Of a stretch of DNA of 64,000 nt, positions 12,681-24,831 are shown piece by piece. The notes under the pieces were generated by a model. That model had not been told where the DNA came from. It did not search any database and saw nothing but the letters and a program-made list of their open reading frames with translations. Position 1 is the first letter of the stretch. Every line of letters starts with the position of its first letter. The position numbers and the translations under genes were made by a program. The stretch comes from Balanoglossus misakiensis (taxonomy: Eukaryota > Animalia > Hemichordata): positions 713,622-777,621 of the forward strand of contig CM082587.2 in the NCBI GenBank assembly GCA_040954595.2. The letters are read 5' to 3'.

Positions 12681-15600
12681 GTGCCAGAGTTTGCAACAAC
12701 CGCCAAGATCTCCAAACGGTATATCTCTCGACTTCGTCTAATTGCTATTCATCAAAATAATGCGCTGTAATAATGGCGCGCATTTTGACAATAAACGAAA
12801 ATGATCAGTCGTCCGCCCCAGGCTCCTCTTCTCACAACTTATGATTCCCTTGGCAACTCTGTTACCATAGCCAAAACAGAACACCAGAAAAGCTTTTGAG
12901 ACCGTAATGTGTTATCACAATTATCTACCAGCTTTAAAGTATCTTAGCTAGCATCGATTTTAATAATAAAAATCATAAATCTAAGTTGATCACGTGATAC
13001 CCTGGTTGATCATAGCAAGTAAATGTCATAAGACTCCGAGAGATATTTGTCACATTTTCTCGTACGTAGTATATACGACTCCGATAAAAACACATTTCTT
13101 TGGTGGGTGGAAGGGACTCGTGTGTCATGGTTCAAAAGACTATATCGAACAAATTTTGAGTTTGATCGACATTATGCTCTCAAAGTTCGACATTTTCAAG
13201 CGGGCGGTTTCGTCAAAAAACCAGATGCGCTCAATCGTGCCAACATGCGCTGTATGATCACTGTGTCATACTACACACAATTATTCAACTAATTAAGTAA
13301 GGCGTGAATGTAAGCTTTTTAAGGGGTAGACAGACATTCAGACGAATTGTACACGTGCAGGACGAGCAATATGGAAAGGGAGACTGTACACAGCGGTCGC
13401 ACACAGAGACATCCTTTTGTCAGATGCAAAACCACAGCCCGTATAGTGTCTGTATGTGTGGACACCAATTTCAATCTGACTGTTAGACTTAGTATCATGG
13501 CTTCATAAAGCGTAAATAATCTTTAAATCTGATTTGGAAGGCTAGATGGGGTGTACAGATAACCTGTAATATGCGTCAACATGAGTAATAGATGACAATA
13601 AGAATTTTTGAAAGTGCCAGTTTTGGTTTTCCCAATTTGAGGCGCTTTTGTGGACTCTTCGACGCGGGAGAGGGACAGCTAGAATGACCGTAGGTGTAAC
13701 ATGCGGTGAGAGAGTACAACGAAATGGTCTTTAGATCGCTACCAGCTATGTCAATGACTGAAAGGAGACTATACAACTGCCGCAGGCTAGTTTTTAATGA
13801 AGTTTGTGATAGGTATTGACACTAGGGCTAGTATGGCACTAAAGACCGTTTTACACGCTTGTCAATACTTGACTGCCATTCAGTAGAACCTCCAATGATC
13901 GCTAATTAACATGTTCCAACTTCCCCCTTTAGATTTTGTGTGTTCCTTTGGACTTTGCTCTGTCTCAAAAGCTTGGTGTAATTAACATCGAATGGCAGGA
14001 GATACCGAGGCAAATTCTCTCCGGGGGACGCGAGCATAACAGCAAAAGCAAGCCTATTAATTTTAGTCCCCTCCTTGAGTAGCTGTTAGTCGATGTCAGT
14101 GACAATCCCTCTTCACTACAGGGCAAAATGCGGACAGAAAGTCCTGTCCCATTAATTTCCGCCCTGCCTTCTGCAACATCAAAAGATAATTCAAACGCCA
14201 TCATAATTATCTTCGAAAAAGGTAGCAATCTGGCAGATGCACTTTACCGTGCAGCGAAGCTTTCTCGCCGAGGGATTTGTCTGGCTGGCTGCAGAACTCC
14301 GAAGAATCACGCGGCAAAGCAAGACGAAACGACGAGCTCACGGAAAGCCCCACTGCATCTAATATTCGGATTTAAATGACGTTGCCATTTGTGGCCATAT
14401 ATAACTATCCGGACACTCAAGTTTAGCCTTACGTAGCTACAATTAGTGGAGTAGCCTAACAAACAGACATACATCTCTTGATGATAAAATAACATGGCAT
14501 AACTATAGTTCGAAATTTCAATTATGATACTATCGTAGAAAGACGTCGCAATGAAATATTCCGTGGGATTCTGTCTACTCCGTGAATTTATCCACCCTGA
14601 CTTGTTACCGACTTAGTTTAGAATCATTTGAAATTGCAAGACGTATACAAATTTTATTACAAACATCGCCATGTGGGATTGACAGTCAGGCCAGTTTTCT
14701 GTAGCTTGCAAAGAAATAGCGTGTCGGTAACTTTAAAAAATCATTTCGTGACATAATAACTGAAAGGAACAATGTACGCGATTTATCTATACATGTATAT
14801 GTTGTTGATAGTTTGGTACAAAGTGAACTTCGTCACGCACGGTCTTGGCCTCAGCATTTGTAAAAGATGTTTTCCTTTGCGGCTCAATTTTTCTTTATCA
14901 AATGCAACGATGTGAACTCAAGGATATCTTGGTAATGTATCTACAATTTCAACCTGTGATATTATTATGATGATGTGTCAAGCCATTAGGCCTATGTTTT
15001 CGTTACGGCTCCAATTTTGGACTTAATTTGTCACTCATAGTATACCTGATGCCGATTTTGCTTTTTCACACTTTCGGAGCCAGATAAAATGGAATTTATA
15101 TATCGATACGGTAATAAAAGAAAAAGCTGTGGATTTTGGTGCGAAGAATATCGGAGCAGACGACACAAAAGATATTCTGAAAATATAGACTGAATGATAG
15201 TCCGGGGAATCGTTATTTGTGAAGACACTTTTCATTCCCCGGAGGAAATGGTAGGGTATTAGAGCTTGTAAAAACGCCTGGCTACATAACAATACACATA
15301 TTTCGATTAAAGATGATGGTATATAATCTCCTGCCAAATTACTTGGAAATTACACGGCAATTTAGAGACGTGAAAATACAGCTGTCAGCCAGACAATGAG
15401 ATGTATGCCCTTCTCTTTTCATATTACACCTCTGCGTCGCTAATAGTTAGTATGATTGCAGCCCTGTCCCCGTTTGAAAATTTTGAAAATTGCTCTACCT
15501 GTGCGATATGTAGCAATTTTCAGCATATAAGGATAATTTGGAGTAATTTTCTGCGTTTGGTAGGTACTCAGTACTCGGAGGCATCGGCGGAAGGTGTCTT

Positions 15601-18600
15601 ATTGTTCCGACACAGTTGTTACCTTGCGTGGCTCGACCAAACAAAGACTCTGTAAATATGTGATAACAATAATTCTACAAAACATAGCGTCAGTAATTTA
15701 TGTTGCCATGGTTATTACTCCCCTGACATTTTGAAATCTTTTGTCGATACGAAAATTGGGCACGGTTTAAGCACAGCACATCCTGTTATCTTATGCCTCC
15801 TCTTGACGAAATCATACGAATAACGACTTCGTTTTCAAAAGTCAGAAAAAGGAGGAAGCCAGCTTTCAATTTTCATGGCACGACAGACCGACGTCTTTGT
15901 CAACATCAAAGGCACTGAGTTTTGATTTCCCGGAGCCATTTTCTCAGACTGACGGACTCAACTCGCTGCTATACATACGCCTCACGGTCGGGCCTCTGAT
16001 CATCTTGCGGGCGAACAAGTCGCCATGTTTCAGAAGTTTCCGTTTTCCGTTTTCGCGCAGGACGTTTTTCTAGGTGGATGACCAACTTCAAATAATGTCT
16101 ATGCCATCATTTTCTGCAACAGTAGGGAACCGCGCGAGTACTAAGAGTGACCGTAGGGCCGAAATACATGCAGTATTTATGAATGCGTTTTGTCCACCGA
16201 CGGATTATCACAAAGAAAAATATGAAGTATGTGTCTGCGATGTTTTAAATCGCTAATAAATTTTGCCACGTGTTACTTAATCCAACGTTAAAAATAAATA
16301 TCGATATCTTTACAACTTATAGATGATGCTATCTATCTAACGCACCAGCTGTGGAACTCTTCTCATGCTGGGTAGTTTTGCTGATTTCATTTTGATTGTT
16401 GATTCGTCGTCTATACAGCTTGCCTTAAATCAATTAAAATGTGTCAGCTTGCTCGTTCACAGAGAAAACTAAAAATGGACAACAGAAATATTGCAGGATT
16501 AAATGGTTGATCTACATACAAATGTTCATGGACTGTTCACCGCCTCGATCTGACTTGTTTGTCCGTCCCTCCGTCACTATCTCTGGCTGTCTGACCCTCT
16601 CTCTGTTATCATTGGCGATAAGTGATATCTATTTAGATGCTTCAGTGGTTAGCCTAGTTCATTACTGAATAAATGTAAAACACAATGTTTAAACTTTGCC
16701 GTTTTCATTCATGCAAGAGATGTGTATATATCTTTAACTTCAGTGGCAAAACACTCATGACAAAACGGACAATGGTGACAGAGTGTTAAACGTTTTCTTT
16801 AATGTTGCCATGGATACATTTAGTGCTTCGAATCGATGGCAGTCTGTCAACGTGAAACATATAGGGGTTGTGGTTGCGGGGCTTTATATGTACATATTGT
16901 CTATCTGGCTTGATTTCACTGGTCCCAAGATACCGAGCGTTCAGAGGCCCATGTGTTTGAACAGATCATCACACACTGGCCTTGATCATGAATTGCAAGA
17001 GACAGCTGCCTGCCGACTAAATTTCATTTCTGTAATTCATCGTCATAGGCCAAAGTGATAAATGCCCCTTTTCAGGTGGTGTCTGACTAAAAAGCTCAAC
17101 AGGAAAATTATCTTATTAGATAAGCATGTAAAATAAGAACTCTTCTTTGAAGGATGTGTTATGTTGTAAAGATGTCTGGGGAGATCACTAAGAAAACCGT
17201 GCTATCATTCGCACACAGCCCCAACCATTGCAACATGAAACAGATTCATTGTATTATACAACGAGTGTCAAAATGGAGTATTTCATACGCCACAATTTCG
17301 ATTCAGACGAGACTTTATGTCGTCCTCAGAACTGAAGCAGGTTAATCAGCTCATTGGTTGGATGTATTTACGATTCAGGACGTGTTAGTTTGCAGAACAA
17401 CTTTAACTAGTCACAACCTGAAGACAACATCAAAGATGACGTCATAGAAAGCAAGACCTAAATCAGAGCTGAGACGTCACGCACTGTTGTGGGGAGTGCG
17501 GAACTCACCATCAAACAATGATCATCATTACGCAGACGACAAGCAACCGAAATTGTGGGCGCCATTTTTTGCAAACAAAGATGGGGATCGATAGGAAACG
17601 ACTGAACGCGAATGTATACGACAGCAGAGCAGCTAGAAAGGTTCTCCAACAAATGCTATGATCGATCCAAACTACCCATTAACCTTATTTAACCAACCCA
17701 ATTCAAAAGAAAATACGGAAAAAACAAATGTGTTTCGAATTCTCTTCAAGTAGATCGTCAAAATTAAAGGAATTATAATGGAAGAATGTGTACAATTCCA
17801 ATAGTAGTTAATTTGCCAAAAATCATAAAGTAAACAAACGAAATGCATTTCGATAGAAACAGTTTTCTAAAACATAATCCTTCTCAAAGAGCCAACGAGG
17901 GCAGGCAACTCATGACAATGGCGAGACACCCAGAGCACATAGCCCTACTTTATAATTGGACGCGAAATCAATAAAAGCCTTTAAAAGCAGCCATCGTATA
18001 CCAAATTGTACTTATTATTTTTAAAGATCATTAGACCTCACTAATTGGAAGAGAATTGCTCGACACCATCTCGCTAGAGGGCGCAACGTTATCTCATAAC
18101 ACACACTTCGATTGGTCGCCATCGTTACGTGTGTAGTGCAAGGCAAATGTTGTACTGTTTCATGACGCATGCATATATCCCCTTGCTTGGAAGTTTTAAA
18201 CCTGTGTATGAGCTTAAGGTACTAATTGAAACTATACAGCTTCACGTCATGGGTGACATTTCACCCAGGGAGTTTGCAGTTATGAAAATAAAATTAATTG
18301 TATCCCATGACGTTCGAACTTTTGAGAATAACAACAACATGATCATTATTGTGTCTCAAAATATTGCATCTGAAATCTCTTTTCATCCATTTGTGACAAT
18401 AAATGTGAAATCTCTAAAATGTCAACCGTTGTCACGTGACTGCTGCGGATTACTCAAAGTATGTGTGGACAGACGAACTTGTCAACATTGGTCAATTGTC
18501 TGACTTGAATACATCATAATTCGAAGGTTTAAAATTTTGCTGTTCTCTATGTTAAATAATATTTCACCAGTATATTGATGGTGCATATACAGAACTCAGT

Positions 18601-18951
18601 GTCCATCAACTTAACTCCTATGTGCTCATCTTTAAATATTTATCCATACACGAAATTGCATCTAGCCCATCATCTCATGAAGATTACAAATATTTATCAT
18701 GAAATTTGTATAGCACGACCATTTCCAAACAAAAGTGAATGATCTCTATAATGATATAATGAATAAGTAATGAGCTTAATCGGTCTAAAATTAAGCTCAA
18801 TTCACTTTGGGAGCAATTTTCAGGGAAGATTGCAAATCCTTAGTGGCGGTATCAATCAGTATCCGTTTTGTAATTTATGCGACACTTCCGAGTTGGAAAT
18901 AGGCAAAAAATCTTTCAATTTTCATTTTCAACTGAAGACCTTTATCAATGA

Positions 18952-18967
18952 CTGTCTGTCTGTCTGT

Positions 18968-19025
<58 letters not shown>
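18952..19025. repeat. (CTGT)n(CTGC)n tetranucleotide microsatellite
   Basis: Read directly; explains the LPAC repeat in ORF 18770-19174. Confidence 0.95.
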
Positions 19026-20025
19026 ACCCACCTTCTAGTAGTATCCTTCTAACTTATTCATTGCTAGGAATAACCCGCTTTCACCCATTTACAGTACCAG
19101 CAAACCTTTCCTGTCTGTGCACAAACAAACAAACCCAGACGAGAACAGACATCAACCACGTGTCACACCGATAAGAGGGATATTTACCGCACAAATAAAC
19201 TCCGGTTGCCTTCAAATGGAATTGGAACCCCATTTTAGTTTCAGTCCTGGCAAGCTTTTGTCAACACTTCGCGCGAAATTCTACTGTGGCTATTTTTACC
19301 GTTTTAAGGGCTTATCGTAATTTGACTAGCAGGGAGGGCTATCTTGTAATTCGTCTGAAAAGTTTACAAGCTTACCTGTAGTAATGATTTCATCCATGAT
19401 TGTCCGCACGATTGTCTCTCTTCTGAAAAAAAAAAACAGGAAACCTTGAGAAATACAAAAAAGAGGTTATGGATATTGTCTCAGCATCAGGCTAAGTGAC
19501 GGAAAAAAGCAATTAGTTTATTCTAAAGCAGACTAATATATCCTGTCACTTGAGATTTCCCATGACACAAATATTTGGTTACACCCTGTGTCATAAGGTC
19601 GGTTTTCAGTAGCTGGACATACAATCTTCTTTGGAATAGGCGGTCAGCGCCAGACACAAAGCAGACCAACTTAAAGACAGATCTGTGGTAATTTGTACTT
19701 TTTCGAAATGTGTTTTCAACATTCAGACGCCCTCCAGGGCTATAAAATATCAGGTCAGATATAATGCTCTATTCACATAACATATGGTAGAACCATTTCT
19801 ACATGGTTAACGCATGTCAGGAACTGTATTAAGTTTTCAAATTAAACTCTTGTTGTGAATGAGTGGCGCCTCCCACGAGGAGATGAAGTAAAAACATCTG
19901 CAAATATTGTGAATCCAAATATTGACCTCTGCTAAAAGTCGTCGAGCATGTTTCAACTCGAGCAGCTGACAACCTAAAATCTATCTTGTGTTTTCTTGAC
20001 CCGGAGAAGTCAGAAACTCCGTATT

Positions 20026-20049
20026 GGAGGGGGGGGGGAGGGGGGGGGG
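20026..20049 (+). repeat. Poly-G tract (potential G-quadruplex)
   Basis: Two long G runs separated by single A residues. Confidence 0.8.
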
Positions 20050-23000
20050 CTGATAGAATGAAACCTCAATACTCACTCACGAAAGCATATACATTTTTGA
20101 GTGTTGATTTGTGTACTTTCACGTCACGTGATGTCCCGAGCCTGGTCAACATTTTACTACAATAACTATTGTCTAATAATTGATGTCTCTGAAATTACCT
20201 GACTGTCTATTATAAAAAAGAACGTCGAGATGGACATTAACGATGTGCAAACAAATGTCCATCCATTAAGTTCACCCTTATTGCAGTAGTCTTGCTAAGT
20301 ACTGATTGATATCTTGGACAATGCCCACGCACCTGTATGTGCTATGCGCTGCTGTACGTGGATAAGAGTCTGGTCAAAGTTCATGGTTCCCCTCCCCGGC
20401 CGTGCACTTGGCAGACTTCAAAAGTATATTTACCTGTCCATTTCCTGTGCACACATGTAAATCCGGTGTAATCTTTTCATCCTGTAAGGCGAACAAACAT
20501 AGGAAATAGCGTTGTAGGGAGTTCAGTAACTATTGGGGTTAACTTAATTGATTGAGGGGACTCTCTGTGCGTGTCAAATTCTATGTGTTGATGAACGAGA
20601 TGGCGAGGAGCGCGCGGCCGCTAAAACGAATCTCAGTGGTAGCCGTGATCACAGCTTCCGTTCATATATCTCTTTATTATGTGTATTGTCAGACATACAG
20701 GTCTCATTTATTGTCATTCCAGAAGGATTGTCAAACTAGGATTGATCGCCTTCCGCATCATCTATTTTCCAATTTAATCGCAATTTATATCAGTGTATAG
20801 TATGGATTTCGGTGTGCATACACTGAAAATTGCGGCAATTGGAAGAAATGGTCTCCACTGTTTATAATATGATCCACGAGAGATGGCAAACACCAAACGA
20901 TGGCGAACGGGGTCAAAGTTTTTATGTCTTGCGATTCACACAGAAGAGACCGCTTTCCACTTTTTTTAGAATTCGTTTACGTTTCACTTTCTGTTCAGTT
21001 TCGGCAGGATTGATCAACGGTATGCTCCTCACAACGACGCGGCGAGTGTACCTAAAGGCAAAAAGACCATAATACTGAGGCCAGATCTCATGTTTTGTCG
21101 TTCGTGCGACATTGCAATGCAGTGTAAGTTTGCGTAGATATAAGGCCTCCTTGTCAATTGACCTTCACAGAATTTCGCTGTCAGAATCGATCACTTGATT
21201 TCCTCACCGTAGCAAGGGTGCGCTGCACCGACAAACACCACCTCCGACACCCTCAGCGAATCAATCGACCTCGCCAATAAATAATCATTTGGTGCGGCAT
21301 GGTATTTACTCCGACTAGATGCGAAAATTAATCAACAAAGCATATCGGTTCTTTCTTGTTAACGTGATATATGAGATCAAGAAATCGAATTCTCATCCCA
21401 TAAATAATTTGAACTTGCGTGTATTTTTTTCCTGGTTACTTACTAATAGGAGTAGGAGATCAAGGCATCGGAAGTTGAGATTAAGTTAAAGCTTGGGACG
21501 CTTGTAATTGCAATGAATGGGCCCATTCATCTTGGAGTTGAAGTTATCCTTTTGAAAATAAAGCAGATACGAGGAGATAATCGGACTTAATCACAAACAA
21601 CAAGAAGTTAAAAATAATGGAAACCAGCGGTTTTGCCTATTTAAGTTGGGTCTATGTTATGCCCATGCTACAAACAAACTATTGTCATTTTTTGTGTCCT
21701 GGGTAATTATTCGACAGCTTTGATGAAATGCCTACATGTTCTCGCATCGTGGTTTTGTAATGCGGCGACTTCCTCTTCTAGTTTCGTCTCTGGCTATCAT
21801 TATCTGTTAATTAATCAGTGCACGTTTCCCTAAATTGGATCCACTGTGGGTTAATTTACTTTAAAGTTGTCCCTTAATTGGAATCATCGTGAACGTGCAG
21901 ACTTGCAATAGGTTAATTAGTACATCGACCGCTGTAACACCTGGTGCTGTACTCTGGCGTTGCATCATATTTCTCTCCTTCCGCTCGTCGTTCAAAGTTT
22001 TCAAAAATATCGGAAGATGAAATTTTGTAAATGGATAGATGTTGTTAAGATGATATATCAAGTGGACCATGGCGCCACGTCCATAATTATTACGATTAGG
22101 CCCTACACGTCTATGTGTACCTGCTTTGACAACGGTAGCTGTATTTTTGTGTCGCGCCCCCAACGTTAGTACCCCTTTCGTCCTCTCCCTCGTGATCAAT
22201 TAAAATGTCAACAAAACTAGCAAGCACCGCGGGTTTCATTTACGCGACAGATATACTTATGAACACGTTAATTATCATTAGTTAAGAACGTTATTTGAGA
22301 GAATCTTAAATGTGGCGGCATTATTTGGTGTCGCTCCCTGGAGCTTAATTATGGCTAGCCTCTCAGACCAGCCTTTTACATATGATACTGCATTGGTTTC
22401 GGTGTTTTGAAGCAAAGAAAAGCCTTTTCTGAGAAGTCCACAGGGAGCAATTAGTTTGAGCCGTAGATGAAAAAAAGTGACGATGAGTATTCCGATAGCA
22501 CAGGACCGACTTGCACTTAGACACGCATTCGTCTTTCAATAGGCGATTTGGATGATTGTGTTGGCAATCCGACTTGGCAGCGTTAAACATGGTGCTGTAA
22601 TGCGGAAACATATCGTGTCAATAGCATCCTCTGCACCAAGTTTCGTAAACAATTCAACATCCTCAGTTTAGAGCCAAAGTCACGATTTCAGATCTTTGAG
22701 TATCCATATGTTATTAAGAAATTGATAGTGGCTGGGGACACGAATTGTATTTTGGGCGTTTTCTCGTTATGTGGCAATGTAAAAAAGAATTAAGGTCTTA
22801 TCAAAAACACAATTTTAAAAATTACATTCATGAGAGCGAAGAAAGGTTGAGAATTCGAAGAGTAATATTAAAAATACGATGGAAAGATTTCAAAAAAGTC
22901 CAACCAGCGTTGTGTGGAGCGAGAGTTGTCACCGTGTCATTGAACTATTACACAGATACTAGCCGTTTCGATTTTGAACGCATTTCTTTGTTTTCCTGCC

Positions 23001-24831
23001 AGAACGGACTTGCATGAGGACCAAAAGAAAACAGAAAATCGACAGTTCGCTTAGCACGAGTCACAATCAAATTAGACTTTCCAGGCATTAAATTCTGCCA
23101 TTCCTTTGATAGAACCAGTTAAGTCATACACTTTTACAATTCTTCATCGACGCCAGTATCGCGGTGGTTCATTTGAAATATAGCGACGCCATTACCCGTC
23201 TTTGTTCTTTGGTAATCACACGTCGTGAAACCGACTCAATTTCCATTTCACTGAAGCTAGTCAACTTGAAAAAAAGCAACCCGTGTTCAATTTCTGGTAA
23301 TCAATCGAACTGAAATGTACATGTAATTGAAATGTACTGCAATGTACAAGGCGTATCACCATTTATCAAAGAAATTCATTACAGCTATAATATGAGTTTC
23401 CATCATGTATACATTTAATTGTAAATTTCAGTGGAATTCCATTTCCCTGTAATTTGGTTATAATTGGAGGCAATCTTACGAGGTTAATTGTTTATTTCAT
23501 GGATGCCTAACTACAATATTGTGGACTGAAATTAGAACAACACTTGTCAGTGGTTTTGTAGAAAGAAAATTGATTGAATCGATCCCAGCAGTTAATTGAT
23601 TTCTGTTGGTGAGGCGCAGCGCAATAAATCCAGAGAGAGCATGCGCGGTAGCTACATAGTGGCTGACGGTTGCATTAACCCTGTTCGCAACACCTGCAAT
23701 CATTTTAAAATCGAAATAATCATATTTCAGACAAAATTCTGCTCTTAACTTCATTATATCGAATTTTTGGGAGTATTTGATTTCAAGTCGCATGTGAAAA
23801 AAATATCATCGACGCAATGAAAGTTTAACAGCTGGATAGTCACGTGTTTGGCGTTGTTTTAATTATTGTCCTGTTTGATTGAAATCTTAATTGCGTTGCT
23901 GATGAAATCGACCCCATCACCGAATAACGAAGGAAGTGTATTACATTTTATAAGTGTATTAAGCACGCATGTGTTCACCCCGCAAGCGAAATTCTATACT
24001 CAGGCGCTGAAAATATACGATCACATTAAAAAGCGACAAACGGGTAAATTGGAAAGCGGGAAATGTTGACCTTTGCTAATATAGCTGCGCAAACGAAGTT
24101 TATGTTCGTTAAGGTTTCGGTTAACCCTTAGCCCAACTGCGCCGCTTACGGTCACTTTAAACACAGCGTAGTATGCTGTGTCTCACTTTCTTTGCTGTTA
24201 ATACTGCGCCTTACAAAACAAAGGAAGAAACGCCTGGTGAACTTTTATTGTCGTGCATTTTGTTCGTTAATACGTAAGAAGTACACGCTTACGTCACGTG
24301 ACCCCATGCACGTGTGAATAAATATGGTAAAACCATATTTCTATGGCAACCCGCGATACCATTACAGATGGTAATGGAGAGCTTTGTATGGCATATAAAT
24401 ATTCCATTTATATTACTTTTGATGTTTTCAGTAAGAAATACAACGGCAAATGAGAACTAAATGTGGCCACGCACCAGAACATATTCATGAAGTGAAATTG
24501 TACTCAGAAACCATCTGTCGCAAACTTTCAAGTGAGCTATACTCCGACCTTTTGATACTTACAATAAATAAATACACAATAAAACAGATGTAACTGAATA
24601 TTTGAAACTCAGTTTGGTCTTATAGCTCTAAATTTCGGTAAAATTGCTTTGGGTGATCAATTTATCTATTGTTACTGCTATACAGGAGAGAGACTTCTAT
24701 TAAAACAGGTGGAGAGACTTCAATATAAAGTGTTTTGGACGGCCGCTCCTCAAATCAATCTTGACCTCTTGGTGGCGCTGTCGATGACCTGACCTGACCT
24801 GACACAGATACAGACAGCGCTGCTCAACAAC

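Noticed and set aside
18770-19174. 134-aa ORF with LPAC repeats
   Set aside because: The ORF is kept open by a (CTGC)n microsatellite and has no protein-like features
9650-24800. Lhx6/8 or other homeobox/LIM coding exons
   Set aside because: No WFQN-type homeodomain or Cys/His LIM pattern was found by eye on either strand; the listed short ORFs look non-coding
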